DNA from: Tubulanus polymorphus
Taxonomy: Eukaryota; Animalia; Nemertea
Assembly (NCBI RefSeq): GCF_964204645.1
Contig: NC_134030.1
Location: 2,770,778 to 2,834,777 of the forward strand
Reading direction: 5' to 3'
DNA: 64,000 nucleotides
The notes under the pieces are model-generated. The model was not told where the DNA came from, ran no database searches, and worked only from the letters and a program-made list of their open reading frames with translations. Made by a program: the position numbers and the translations under genes. Position 1 is the first letter of the stretch. Each line of letters begins with the position of its first letter. This document shows positions 41,001 through 54,360 of the stretch, in pieces.

Positions 41001-41646
41001 TTGTCCAGTTTGGGTGAAGATCGTCAAAATAACCAGATATTTGAAATATTGTTTGTGTTTATTGAGTTTTATCTGTTGTAGGTAATAAAAACAGTGCATT
41101 TTCTACGTCGCCGGCGGCAACCGTTCTACAATTAAACTATCCACCGCCTTCCACCGGTGCCAACAATAACAACACACTGATATCATCATCGTCATCGTCG
41201 TCATCGCAACAACAGTCATCATCATCATCAGTGTTATCATCAACGTCATCTTCACTCAAATTAGCAGTATCTACGCCATCAACGCATGTGTAAGTAATCC
41301 TGGGCCTAGTTTCATAGACTGAGTATCAAAGTTATCCCTGGGGGTAAATCCTCAATCTGGGTGACAACCACCATAGTAACAATGAGAAACCATAGTTATA
41401 AATGACGGACTTCAAAATATTCCTAGGGACTATTTTTCTTCATCATCTATGAAACCTAGCACTGGATCGATTTCCATGGCTGTGAGTTTGAGTAAACTCT
41501 TGAGTTAAAACCAGTAAGTACTTCAGCTCGAATGGACTTAGAGTTGTCTAATCGATTGTATATTTTTCAGTGACCCGTTATTGGAGTCGACTGCCGCGAT
41601 GGTCAGCATCATGAAAGACAGTCCCGTGCCGATGGAGGTCACGTGA
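31604..41646 (+). CDS. EPC1: Enhancer of polycomb homolog (NuA4/TIP60 subunit), 13 coding exons
   Basis: MSKLSFRARALD...INRAVPQMPTGMEKEEE|EHHLQRA; PDYDMDSEDE; PYVAFRRRTEKMQTRK; RRRVGRGGR; C-terminal PMEVT*. Exons 31604-31756, 33164-33320, 33875-34224, 35138-35205, 35499-35579, 36102-36225, 36779-36943, 37862-37948, 38363-38508, 39691-39816, 40184-40641, 41082-41289, 41571-41646, all GT-AG and frame-consistent. Likely a single EPC1/EPC2 co-orthologue. Confidence 0.95.
32174..32300. mobile_element. MITE family A copy in EPC intron 1
   Basis: CTG-gggccagttgctcaaaagttgg...ccaacttttcagcaaccggccc-CTG (3-bp CWG duplication). Confidence 0.85.
32600..32819. mobile_element. MITE family D (GGCYAAA..TGATACCTTGTTTCTCCGC TIR, TTA/TAA TSD), PIF/Harbinger-like
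   Basis: TTA flanks; TIR ~30 bp; second copy inverted at 35697-35916. Confidence 0.85.
33481..33716. mobile_element. Two adjacent MITE family B copies (GGGCCAGTTGCATAGTCATGGC / CTTAAGACC-rich)
   Basis: Partial copy 33481-33586 followed by complete copy 33588-33716. Related copies at 63364-63480 and 63654-63793. Confidence 0.8.
34423..34575. mobile_element. MITE (GGGRTCAWTCATTTATTACGTA TIR) flanked by a 39-bp direct repeat
   Basis: gggatcaatcatttattacgta / tacgtaataaatgaatgacccc; flanking repeat at 34384-34422 and 34577-34615. Confidence 0.75.
35697..35916. mobile_element. MITE family D copy (inverted relative to 32600), nested in a decayed family A MITE
   Basis: TAA flanks; reverse complement of 32600-32819; family A-like halves on both sides. 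Confidence 0.85.
36970..37395. repeat. Intronic tandem repeat, ~105-120 bp x4
   Basis: gaaagctgca(a/g)ccctcagc...ggcatttgaataagataccattcgttatctccag repeated. Confidence 0.88.
38559..38806. repeat. Intronic minisatellite 49 bp x5, almost perfect
   Basis: gagcaaaattgcttgatccctgacccaagacttacgccaggttttggtc starting at 38559, 38607, 38656, 38705 and 38754. Confidence 0.95.
39135..39668. repeat. Intronic tandem repeat ~130-140 bp x4
   Basis: cacccatgaaat...gaatttagaattcatgtatatggtggaaacc...gcgagtgtga repeated. Confidence 0.85.
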
Positions 41647-42184
41647 CCGACCTTAACGATGCACATACACTCGGGATAATAATCAATATAATCAACACTA
41701 GGTACTGCTGCTGCTGCTGCTAGTGGTCATCACTTCTGAAAAAATAAAAACACAAGAGAGTGGAAATATACTGCGGGACAGTAGAAATCTGATCGGATAG
41801 TTTGATGGAGTAGGGAATGTGGTGTTGAAACAGACGCTACAATCTAGTCGCGCAGGTTACTGAGGTACAGGCGGAATGAAAATAGTTCTCTCAGGTACTG
41901 ATAGGCGGCGCTCGCAGATAAGCTAGTTCTATATATGTACATGTGTGTGAGTGAGTATTGAAACATTCAGTCGTCCTACTACGACGACGAGGGTCTTGTT
42001 GTTAATTTATATCATACCGGCAATTGTTGTACCATACTAGGTAGGGCTCGTGTTACATTTAATGTACTGCAATATTGAACACCTCAGCGGCGCGAGAGAT
42101 TTAGTCAGTACCAACGCAGGCAGTCGATATACGCAGTGGTCTCGTTAGCTAGGAATATCCAGGCCCGCTGTAATATACAGACAG

Positions 42185-42479
42185 GGCAGAGTTTCATAGA
42201 TGCGGGTGGCAATTCTTATCCTAATCCTGTCAAAATTATCCGTGGCAACATTTTGAAATTTGTCAATTGTTGTTACCATGGGTGGTTGATACCCAGGGCC
42301 CAGTTTCACAAAAAAGTTAAACTCAAATTTTTGGTGTAATCGCCATTGGTTACTTCATGTTTTCGATGAGGACAACAATTTAAACTTAACCGTTTCAGGC
42401 TTAAACTTTTTTTGTGAAACCGGGCCCTGGTTGGGGATTTATAAGTATTTGTGATGCCCAGTCTATGAAACCGTGGCCC
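42185..42479. mobile_element. Nested Harbinger-like MITEs downstream of the EPC stop
   Basis: Outer gggcagagtttcatagatg...ctatgaaaccgtggccc (related to 41302-41461). Inner gggcccagtttcacaaaaaagtt...ttttttgtgaaaccgggccc (42296-42427). Confidence 0.7.
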
Positions 42480-45400
42480 GGGAACTTAAGATTCTCTACA
42501 GATATTTGTACGAAGCCTACCGATGAGAACTGACTGATGATCAGCGCTTGGAGGTGTTCAGCACCGTTCAATAAACAACATTTTCATAAATGTGTAAAAA
42601 AAAATTCGAATCTTAATTTCGTTGATAAACGTGAATCAGTCATACGACGCACCGTGCGCTTGTAAAATAAATAAGTGTCTCGTCTATCAACATAATCTGC
42701 TGGTCGGTTACTTTACTTATTATGGGGTATTCGCAGTGCTACTGTGGCAATCGAGGATTCCACTTATGGCAGGCGAGGATCCGCCAGGTGTCGCTAGTGG
42801 ATCGTCGGTCGTCCGCGTTCTTCTATATTTCAATCAAATCTAAATGAACTTTTCTCTTAAATGAATCAATTATTTACGAAAATTAAACCGATATCCGAGT
42901 AGAAGATTGAAAGTATTATATATTTGGTGGGTGCTGTGATAATATATTGATTCGGGAGTCTAAAAATCCAGTTCAAAGTTCATTGTAAGTTAACCAAGTT
43001 TGACACCGGACGACCTACTGCTGGTCACGCCATCTGGCGGGTTAGCTGGTTTTGCGTGTACCCCATTGTAATTTAAACTATTAATATCGGTAATTCAATG
43101 TCAGTGTGTTGTATCAATTGTGTATTTGAAATATTAGAATGTACATACGGTAAACAACATATGAACATCCCCCCCCCCCCGAACTCATTATAGTGGAACC
43201 TTCGTTACAACTACTTTAGAGATCACATCCGTAGTTGAAGCTTAGCTTTAAGATCAGTCTGAGCTCATTATGGTCGTATATATACGACAGTAAAACCTGC
43301 TTAATTCGGATCAATTTTATCAGGATTTGATTTAACCCATTCAGGACTATCACTATATTTAAGGGAAACTCCACATTCATCACAATACAGAATCAGCTCA
43401 TTTCCAGTTAATTTGACAAGTTTGTATTACTAGTGCTTGTTATTTTGTAGCGAATAGTCATGGCTTTCATATGATATGATATAAGATTTGATGAGCTTCG
43501 AAAAATTTCTGTCAATTTTTGGAGTTTGTGCAACTTAGCCCAGCAGACCAGATAATTGGTTCGCTAAAGCTGATAGTTCGAAGGTTCCACTATTTGACAC
43601 TAGTGTGAATTGTGGTCAAATATATTTGAAATAATGTCATTGTCGTTGATCACTTTGTTAAGTATTCGTCCAGTAGTAAATATATATATACATATATTTA
43701 TAACATCAGTCAAACATCTTCAGGGTTCACACACACGCGGTGGTCAGGTCCAGTTCGGTCCAGTCCGGTCCGGTCCGGTCCGTATATTCGTGGTCTATCA
43801 ATTGTTAATATCGTTTCAGAATTCGAAAGAAAAAAAAAATGTCTTCCAATAATATGAGTGATAAATATAAACAACACGAAAAACATCCTGAATCGATGCA
43901 TTATTACATTGTATTATTAACTATTGTCCATTGAATGCTAAAAATGATCATCTTGAGCAGCATTGAATCTGCAGTCTGGAACTACCCACTCAGACTCGAG
44001 ACATTTACGATTATTGTAGCGTGCAATCTGCGTAATTGCTATTTGAAAGTTAGCTGTCCAATGTCGCGTGATTATAGATTGTTTCAGATTATAAATGTCT
44101 CTACTGAAGTGTGGGCCATCAGCATATGAAAGTTTGGTGATAAAACGTCTAATGTCTGGAGTTTGTGGTTCATTTTCAATGAAAAATGCCTCTGGTGAAA
44201 TCCTGAACACACACGAAGTGTGGACAATCAGAAAATGGAAGTGCATTGAATGTCTGAGGCGTGGTCCAGGCAGTTAATTCATACCTGCTTTTAGGATAAG
44301 GCCAAATTTTGTGCACATATTTGGTCAAATGACTACGTATTTTATAAAATGAATTTCAGCATGCATTGTAGTATCTGTAATAAATTGAATCGTTTTTTGT
44401 AAGGCAGCTATAACGAACTTCATATCATCCTCAATAACAACTCTTTACCTGTGCTAGTTTCATTAACGATAAGATAAAGGAGGTTATAGACAATCGGCGG
44501 TATTAAAAAAATGCAGAAAAAAAGAACGGAAAATTGTATTGTCGTCGTTAGCTCACGTTATCAATGCATGCATAGAACTGATGTTGTAAGAAGGTGTTTC
44601 ATTAATTAACTATAACGTAGAAAGCACAAACACAAGTCGTATATCGTACCTGAATTATTACCAATTTCCTGATTAACTGTTCTAAATTATGATAATTAAT
44701 GGATTTTGTTTTGAATCTCTTTGCGGCGATGATGCTATTTTGACCTGTTTCTGAGGCGTGTATATGTTAATGCATGGAATGTAACGTTTTCTTTTTCTCC
44801 AGGTCGTTAAACCCTGTAGGTGGGGATGGATCCGGCTTAAGTTCCTCGGAGTACTGCTAAGTCCAGTATCACGGCATCGCACAGCGCGATGCAGGCAATT
44901 TTTGAAAACCTTTTCGCCTCTAGATGCACCTGAGCATTTGTGGGCACGCCGAATTAAACTTTCCACATTTCCGAAAATGAGCTATGTTCATCCACGAGTA
45001 CCTCTTAGGCAGTTATGGCAGTTGGTTGGATCCGCCCCTAGTTAGGTGTCTTCAGTGGGTCCCGATGTCTATACAGTCCTTTCTGAAAAACCATGGTTTA
45101 TTTTAAGCAGGGATTCGGACGATTCTTTCGGGATTGTGAATTCAGTTCTTATTTTATAGTATAGATTCGAGTTTGATTTATCGAGGTTAAGCTGTGCAAA
45201 GTATAAAGTAAAAGTGACTGACACAAAATTTTGATGTACGTGGAATGTTTTAATGCGGATCTATTGAACCTGATTGCTCGTAGATTGAACTTGCTGTAAT
45301 TATTTTCAGTCTTCATTGAACACTGTGTGCGTGCGTGTGTATAATACTGTGGCATCTGAGCAGGAGTAGATATATCGGTCGCGTTATAAAAATGAATGTA

Positions 45401-45972
45401 TCTTTCGGTTCTGTGAAATGATTACTAGTTTTACTGTGATATAAATTGTGCTCGGCACAAACAAAAAACCACCAAAATAAATGAATAAATTTTATAAATA
45501 AAACGTTCTGTTTATAGTTTTTTGCTTTTCTTGTACGAGGAGATCGAATTTACGGACCAGTGAGTAATTTTTGATTTAGAAGAAAATACGGTGAATTCAT
45601 GTTTTATTTATAAGGAGACTGTATTTATCCAATATCTGTATGTTAACACGGTCGCGGTAGCAGTTTTGTTGTCTAGAAGCGACTGGTGTCGGGTTTTAAG
45701 ATAAGAAAAGATGATATACCTTTGTTCTGACTAGAATTGATAGAATAAGGATGTCTGAAATACATCATACACAGAAAAATACCATATACAGTAAAGACAC
45801 TAAATAATTTAGAATAGATCATCAGGTGCTGCCACTATGAATAACATTGACGGTGAATATTTGAACTAACCCATCAGTGGCATAATCTTACTGCGGCATG
45901 CGAGTAATATGTTAGTTCACATATTCACCGCCAATGTAGAATGCTCAAATAATTACAAGTTCTTCTAACATT

Positions 45973-47313
45973 TACTCTGGTGAATAAAATGTGATTGGTA
46001 CCGTACAATTTACACGAATGTTAAAACAACTATAAACTTAAATCACTGATATCATTGTTGATTATTTATTGAAAGAATGATTATCTAATGTTTTCTAAAG
46101 CTGGCCTGCAATTAGGTACAATTATAGCTTGCTAATAAAAATAATGATAATCAATGATAATGAAATAATAGTTTGATTTGTTAATCTTAGGCTTTCCTGA
46201 GTGAATTTGTAGGTTTTATCTCTAGTTTAATGCTTTTATGTTGAACTGTTTTTGCAATACAGATCATGTGTTTGTTCATGAGGAACTCATATATGATATT
46301 AAATTCCTTGAGTATTTGGCTTTTAGCAAGGTATAATAATTGCTATAAGAATATAACGACACACATGTTCATCATTCACGTTATATCCTCTTCAATTGTT
46401 TAGTTTAGTTTAGCTTATAGCAACTTTTTCAATGTTGCGGTTTTCAGTGGTTCATAAAATACCGATTTAATCAAGGTCCTGTCTAATATAGAGGAGCAGT
46501 TCCTTGATAAATGAGGAATATATGAACAGAGTTAATTAGTAAACTGTCCTAGTATACGTCCCATGGTTGGGCTGTTTTTGAAATAGAACCCAAATGTTAG
46601 AAGAACTTGTAATTATTTGAGCACTCACCTGGCATTTTGTATTAATTGTTTTAGAGGTACTCTGGAGAATAAAATCTGGTTGATACAATTTACACGAATG
46701 TAAAACAGTTATAAACTTAAAATTATCAATATCATTGTTGATTTTTTATTGATGATGTTATTTTGATGTTATTTTCAAAGCTGGAAGAAAAAACGTCAGA
46801 ATACTTATTTCAAGCGGATTTATTATGTTTGAAAATCTTTGAGTTAAGAAGAGGCAAAGTTTGCAAATTTATATTTTTCTGATAAAAATAATGTCAATTA
46901 AAATGAAATTGAAGATGGATTTGTTAATCTTAAGCTTTTTAGAGTGAATTCGTAGTTTTATCTCTCAAGATTGATGCTTTTATGTTGAACTGTTTTTTCC
47001 TAAACATTTCACGTGTTTGTTCATGAGGAACTTATATGATAAATTCTTTGAGTATAATACCTGTCATTCAGCGGCGTATAATAGTTGTCATAGGAATAAA
47101 ACGACATGTTCATCATCATGTTATAACTCTTCAATTGTTAAAAGTTTAGTTTATAGCAACTTTTTCACCGTTAGATTTCAGTGGTTCATGTGATAGCGAT
47201 TTAATTAAGGTCCTATCGTAAAATAGAGTAGAGTTTGATAAATGAGGATGAACATTAGTAAATTGTCCTAGTTTTTAGTTTATACGTCCATTATGGTTGG
47301 TCTATTATGAAAT
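45973..47313. repeat. Diverged tandem segmental duplication (~685 bp period) upstream of POLH
   Basis: 45973-46590 and 46658-47313 share colinear blocks (tacaatttacacgaatg, gtgtttgttcatgaggaact, ttatagcaactttttc, tatacgtcc). Confidence 0.85.
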
Positions 47314-47964
47314 ACAGTCATCGTGGTTGAGGAACTTATCTGGATTTTCTATAATTGTTGTATGAAAATAAATATGATTCACGTTAAAACCTTTCAATCG
47401 TTTCATGAAGTTTTTAGCAATAATCAAAGGTTGATTCAAATGAAGCCCTTTGGGCTTGGCCCTGTTTGTTTATTTCATCGTTGTTTCTACCATGAGTTTT
47501 CTTCGAATAAATAATCTTTTCTGTGGTGACTCTTTCTCATATTCGAGAAGTTTGAATTGGTCAGTGTGGTCGATTTATGAATTTACAATGGTGAATCCTT
47601 TTTAGTCTGACACTAAACGCGGTATATCGTTCTCCTGTTCAAGAAGTAGAATTGGTCAGCGATGGTCAAACATAAATTTGCAATACGAATCGTCTGACAC
47701 TAAAAGCGGTATATTGTTCTCATATTCGAGAAGTTTGAATTGGTCAGTGGTAGTCAGTGAAATGCTGCCGATCTTTTACCGTTGTGCTGGCTTTATTTTT
47801 CATTGCCTCGTTATTTTCAAATTTTTTTAAAGCCTCGGGAACAATACATTTTATTGAATTGTTCATTTTGGTACTTAGCGCAACCGATGATTTTTCAAGG
47901 TCGTTGAGCTGATTTGTTTATAAATTTTTTGAATGCTTTTATAGAATAGAATAATATAATTAGT

Positions 47965-50900
47965 ATGGATCGTGTAATTGCATTAGTTGATATGGACTGT
48001 TTTTATGTTCAAGTTGAACAACGTTTGAATCCTCAATTGAAGGGTAAACCGTGCGCTGTCGTACAGTATAACCCTTGGAAAGGTGGAGGGTAAGAAAGGT
48101 CTTACTCTTTTAAGTCTTAAAAAACTCGAGAGCATAAGAAGGATTAATATATTAGGAAAGCTGTCATTTAAAATATCAAAAATCTAATCTTTGATACGAG
48201 CCTACGTGTAGTATCCCAGTATCTACATGACATACTAGAGGATGCAAGTTACTACACACACAGCCATCTCAAACTTCACAATTGCTCCAGTACAACTACT
48301 GTCTGTCACACCTACTCTCCGTAAGCAGTTTGACGCCTTATAGTCAGTGACCTGTTTGTGGTTTAGTTTCACGATCGGATATTTTCATCCGATTATAAAA
48401 AGCCTACCACCAACGATGTGGTAACCAAGTATTTGCCGCCCAGCAGGGACCAGTTGCTCAAAGGTTGGTTAAAGATAACCGGCCGTTAGATACCATAGAT
48501 ACAATGAAAATTCAATTGTCACCATATTAACTATCCGCTGGTTAACTCTAACCAACCTTTGAGCAACCGGCTCAGCAAAAATTAACCAACCTTGCGCTCT
48601 CCCCTACCCGTTGTTTTAACTTCAATATCGGATACTGCGACGTATTACTACAGATTACAGATTACAATTTATGAGAAACTAGTACTGTAGGGCCTGTCTA
48701 TTTATTCCTGATGGATCAGTTATTTGTTATTTTCAGTATAATAGCAGTAGGTTATGAAGCACGTGCGTGCGGTGTTACTCGCAATATGAGAGGTGATGAT
48801 GCTAAATCTGTATGTCCCGATATAAATCTCATCGCTGTTCCTCAAGTTCGCGGTAAAGCCGACCTTACAAAGTAATCAGCGTGAATTCAATTTCAACCTA
48901 GGGTTCAGTTTCATAAAGAAGTTACAGCTTAAAACAGTTAGATTTCGGACTGATAGTTTGCGTGTTTTGTGTTTTAGGTATCGCAACGCTGGAGCTGAAG
49001 TGATAGTTGTATTATCGCAGTTCTCGGCGTGCGTTGAAAGAGCAAGCGTTGATGAAGCTTATATCGATATCACGGACGAGGCTGAAATACGACTCAAATC
49101 TTTATCCGAAAATAACAAATCTCTCACCGGAAATATGCTTCCAAATACACACATCATCGGATATGATGACAAGCAAAAATGCCCTTCAGCTGGTAAAACT
49201 TTTTTAAGGTTATCAAAACAGGCTGTGGAGTGCCCAACTTTTTCCTGCCATTGTGTTTTCCCCACAAATTTAATGTAATTTTTGGTGAAAAAGTTGTTTT
49301 TTTCTAACAAATGACCATTCACATGAAGTCCAATATATTTTGATGGTTAAAGTGCCAGAAAATGATATCTGGAAGCATCATACCCAGAGTCTAAGTAAAA
49401 CAGATTTCTCTTGCTTCGTGCATTATGAGCTATCTAAAATTTCTACCCTGCGCGTGTAAAATTTGATCCCTCCCCTCCACCTACTTTTTTCAAAAGGACC
49501 ACTTGACAGCCTGATAGTAGGCCCTAATTCTATCAGTGAAGTTAGAAATGAATTCGAAGCTTTCATACTTTCAATTTCAGTTGAAGAAAGTGACGTGAGG
49601 CGACTCGGCGTCGAGTCGTGGTTGAGTGAATTAAACACGCACAATGAAGATCGTTATTACGATAAACTATTAACTACAGGTGGCGTGATAGTGGAAGAAA
49701 TGAGACTAGCCGTCTACGAACAAACTGGATTTCGTTGTTCCGCCGGGGTCGCCCCGAATAAGGTACTTCATAAATGTAAAATCCCACAATTGTTGAAACA
49801 CTAAAAAATTTAAAATACTAGAAATATTTCCTACCACCTTTCTTCACTCAAAAAAGATACCTCGTACAAAAGCCCTCAGGCTAGTTTCTCAAAAGTTGGT
49901 TCTAGTTGTGGTGGATAGTTTACATATGTAGTGATGAAATTCTGTTAATACCATGAAAAATCATCTTTCAAGCAACTGACCTTTTCCGAGTTTTAATTGC
50001 CGAGGAAGGATATTTCAAACATATTTTTTTGTGGATTTCAATCTGTTTTAGATGCTGGCTAAACTAGTGTGCGGTTTACACAAACCAAATAAACAATCTG
50101 TACTTCCGCAAATATCAGTCGCAGGACTTTTCAACTCAACTCCAGTCAGAAAAGTGTAAGTAAAGGATTTATGCCGACTCGAATGGAACGTGCGAGTTGC
50201 TGAGAGTTATCACGGTTCTTTGATTACTATTTCCAGGCGTAATCTCGGTGGTAAACTGGGTCTTAGTATCGTTGAACAGCTAGGCTGCGAAACAATGGCG
50301 GATCTCACTAGAATATCACAACTGCATCTGGAGAGTGTATTCGGAGAGAAAACTGGGTAAGATTCAAATTACAATCAAACATCTTTAAAATGCCAGTCCT
50401 CACATTCTTCTGAGTAAAAAGGTACCGAATTCAATGGAATACCATTCTTGATTGCGCTGAATATGCAATAATGCCATATTTTCTTGGTAACGATGACTTT
50501 GTACTATAAGACATTAGAAAGAAATACCAAATTTAGACTTGTTGCTGAATTTGTTGTATTTGAAGTTGCTGGTTGTACGCCGTTAGTCGTGGAATCGATA
50601 CGGACCCGGTGAACCCGAGACAATTACCGAAATCAATCGGATGCAGTAAAAACTTCCAGGGAAAAGCTCAACTCGACACCAAAACTAAGGTAAGAATTGA
50701 AAAAGCATTTCTGGAAATGATTTGAATAACAATACAAAGGAATTATACAGTTTGTGTAACTGATTTGTAGGTGAAACATTGGCTTTTAGAATTAGCGACG
50801 GAATTGGAAGAAAGGCTTATCACAGACAGAGAAAAGGTATGACTCGATATAGATAAACTGTCAAGATATTTTCAATTCAATGCAGGTAACTTCATCATTT

Positions 50901-52761
50901 ACAATTTTTTGTCGACATTTCAGAATAAAAGGAAAGCTCAAACTATGACTGTGTCGATTCGGAATCGGAATTGCAGTAAAGTGTTAAGTGTTGTATCGCG
51001 ATCTTGTTCTATCGTCACGTACGATAAAAGAGTTTTCGCCGATACAGCGTTCATACTTCTAAAAGAGTTTAATACGAGTCACGATGAACAGTGGTACGTG
51101 TCGGGTTCATTCATATTCATATACACTGAAACATTGTTTTTAATATACTATGTAGTAGAAGCCTGTATGCTTTAGACGTGAAGAACAAAATAGAAGTCAC
51201 TATATACAAATTCGAAAGATTTAAACACGATTTTAGAATCAAGAATGACAATCCAAAATTGAAAGACCCACAGTTTCGGCTCTCTCCCTATCCCTGTCTC
51301 AATCCCAGCTATCCCTCTCCCTTTACTTCTCTCCCTGCTATCCCTCTCCCTTTACTTCTCTCCCTGCTATCCCTCTCCCTCTCTATTGAGACCTCTCTAT
51401 CTGTCGGGTGTGGTGGTCTCTTAGAGTCTGAAATGTCGTCTTTAAATTTTGGATTCGGAATTCTTATTTGTTTTAGGCTCTTACAGTTGTATGAAGTGGG
51501 TCTTTTAATCGTATCATATAGTGCGCAGATTTTAATCAATCAATTTTACTATTTCAGGGCGCCTGCTTTAACATTACTCGGATTATCAGCGGGAAAATTC
51601 AAAGATGTAGAAACTTCGACTTCGGGACTCGTCAGTATCAGTAAATTCCTTTCACAGACACCGACAACTCCATCAACTCAGACTCAGCCTTCATCATCTC
51701 AACAACCGATCAAACGTTCAACTTTAACTTTATCAGAAATGTGGAGTCCCAATCAACAGCGCATCGATCAGAAACAAGAAAATACAACAGAAATCGATAT
51801 CAGCGAATCAGAGGAATCTAGTTTCATCGATTGTAGCGAATCGTACGAATCAAAACAACTGAATCAATCAGAATCTATCAGATTCGCGACTAGTACTGCG
51901 CCTTCACGGATGGATACACGACAAAACGTATTAAATCCTGATGAGTGGTCATCTACAAACACTGTTCATTTAGAGGAGGCAAATAAACAACAAAATGAGA
52001 AAACACAACATAGTTTATCAGCTCAAAGACTGAATGCAGAAAATTCTCGTTCCGGATTAGAAAATTCGTTGAGTAACGATTCTACGGGTTTCTTCGGCAG
52101 GAAAATGAGAGCTTTGCGAGAAAATTGCGATTCGAACGCGAGCGTGACCAGCGCGCCGGGTAATTACAACGAAAGCAGCAACGAATCGGGATTCTTCGCT
52201 ATGAAAATGAGAGAAATCATTTCGAAAACGAATCAGGAATCTTCGAACGATGAAAATTCAGTAGAATCTACGAATTCCGTTTTTGGCGCCAAGAATACGA
52301 CAACGACTGATGACGGAAAACTTGATAAAACACAAGATTTGAAAAGTTCGACAAACGTGAAAAGGAAACAGGAGCAATCAAATAAAGACCAGATCAGAAA
52401 TCAACAAACTCCACTTCATATTAATCATGAGGATAATGAATCTAGTGACGTTTTAAACAGAGAACAATCTCTCGAATCAACTGAAGAGATTGTCACTGAA
52501 AAGTTCGATAGTTCCGATTATATGATTTGTAAAACGTGTCGAAAAAACGTTCTCATCTGGAACATGCCCGAACATACGGATTATCACTACGCGATGGAAA
52601 TTCAAAATCAGCCGACAGTTAGAACGACGGCGTCTGCCACCACCAGTAGCTCGTCGACTGTTAAACGAAAGTCTAACGACAGCTCCAGTCGTAAATCAAA
52701 GAAAACTAAATTATCGTCGAATAGTTGTATGTCTTTAGATCAGTTTTTTAAACCTAAGTGA
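47965..52761 (+). CDS. POLH: DNA polymerase eta (Y family), 10 coding exons
   Basis: MDRVIALVDMDCFYVQVEQR; IIAVGYEAR; ERASVDEAYID; CSAGVAPNKMLAKL; LPKSIGCSKNF; UBZ CKTC..EHTDYH; NLS; PIP box MSLDQFFK. Exons 47965-48089, 48737-48871, 48978-49192, 49581-49762, 50052-50155, 50237-50356, 50566-50689, 50771-50836, 50924-51093, 51558-52761. Confidence 0.96.
48446..48571. mobile_element. MITE family A copy in POLH intron
   Basis: gggaccagttgctcaaaggttggtt...aaccaacctttgagcaaccggc. Confidence 0.82.
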
Positions 52762-53943
52762 TGCAATATTCAATATACAATAGAATGTGCTTGCCTCGAA
52801 TTTCAGTACTGATAAATTCAGAGCAGGAATGGGTCATTATAACAAGGAATTATAGTGAATTTGTCCAGGCCTCGGGATAATCTGAGGTAATCGAATTCAG
52901 GATAAAAGGAGTCTATACAAATGTAATGTAGTATTCTGTATGAAGGAACTCAGGGACTTTGTTAGGAAATATTTGAATGCTGTTTTTGTTACTGAATAAA
53001 AATCTATAAGCGAACATCACGGTCTTACCGCTTCATAGTAATGTGGAATCTACCGTAACTGGTACTGAAAGATTGTTCAAAACAACACAGATATTCTTAC
53101 TGTGTTTTGTGCTATTGACATAAAGACAAAATAGTTAAGCAGAGAATGCAGAGAATGTGGGGATCAGAGACATGGTGAGACAGACTATTGGATAAGGGGT
53201 TCATTTGAAGTATCAGGAAAACAGACAATATACCTCATGTGATATACTAAAATCTAAGGAAAACTAATAAAATTAAAGAAAGGAGTTGAATATTTCAGAT
53301 TTTATTCGTTAAGACATGGCCAACATTTGAAGTTTTACATCTTTTTCAATATACACAACAATCATTTACATAGATACAAACCGTTATTGTATATTTCTAT
53401 AAATGAATGATATGTAGAACATTCTACGATTATCGAGTTCCGCCTCAGATTCATTAAAAATACCAGATAATTTTAACCCGTTTTAAGTATCCATACACTC
53501 GGAGATATCGCGTAGTTTGAGTATTTTAAAGCATTTTCGAACTGAAATATTCTTCATATTTACTAATGAAAGATTCATCTTCAAGCGTTAAGTGTGTGTA
53601 TATTGAGGCCTTATAATAAATTACCCCGTAATGCTGACAGATTATTAAGAGAGAAATGAGCTGTTCATGAGCTGTCTGAATTGATACTCAATATTATGTT
53701 ATACTTTGAAACGTAATATAGAAATTCTAATAAATGATGATAAAATATTGGCAAACGACAACAAACTGTACAAAGAAAGCACCGGCTTATTGCAATATTC
53801 TAGATATTCTATAATACTACAGTTCGTCGTAAGGTATTTTTAATATATATAATACAACTATAATATACTCTATAGAAAACATAAATAATACTCAACAACA
53901 GGAATTCTATTAACAGTAACAATTTACGTGAGATGCATCTTAA

Positions 53944-54229
53944 CCCTTTCAGTGCGTCTACACCGCAGTGCGGTGTATAAATCAGTGATGGATTTTGCTA
54001 GTACACCGCACTGCGGTGTATTGATGTAATTAGTAATTTGTAATTATCTCTATTGAAAAATGGCAGAAAGTGTCAAACGGTGAAATACTAGTAACTAACG
54101 ATACACCGCACTGCGGTGTATACGCACTATAGTGGCATTCCCATTGTTCAACACACTAGGGTGGAATTTTTCAGAATTTTCAAATTTTCTCCAGCACTAT
54201 AGGGTATTAATTAGTCAGCACTGAAAGGG
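53944..54229. mobile_element. piggyBac-like MITE (TTAA TSD, CCCTTTCAGTGC TIR), in the probable AMPD 3' UTR
   Basis: TTAA-ccctttcagtgc...gcactgaaaggg-TTAA; three internal tacaccgca(g/c)tgcggtgta palindromes. Confidence 0.87.
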
Positions 54230-54360
54230 TTAAAATAATACCTCGAACCGAGTAACTGATGAGTATTCACCATGAATCACATGAATCCTAACATTAAAGA
54301 CTCCTTTTAATTTGAAGACTGACGGTTAATACATTCTTCATGAAACACAGGAATCTCTAT

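Noticed and set aside
51178-51557. N-terminal 127 aa of the 527-aa ORF
   Set aside because: Intron sequence (repeat remnant plus CT tract) that happens to be open; the true POLH exon begins after tttcag at 51558
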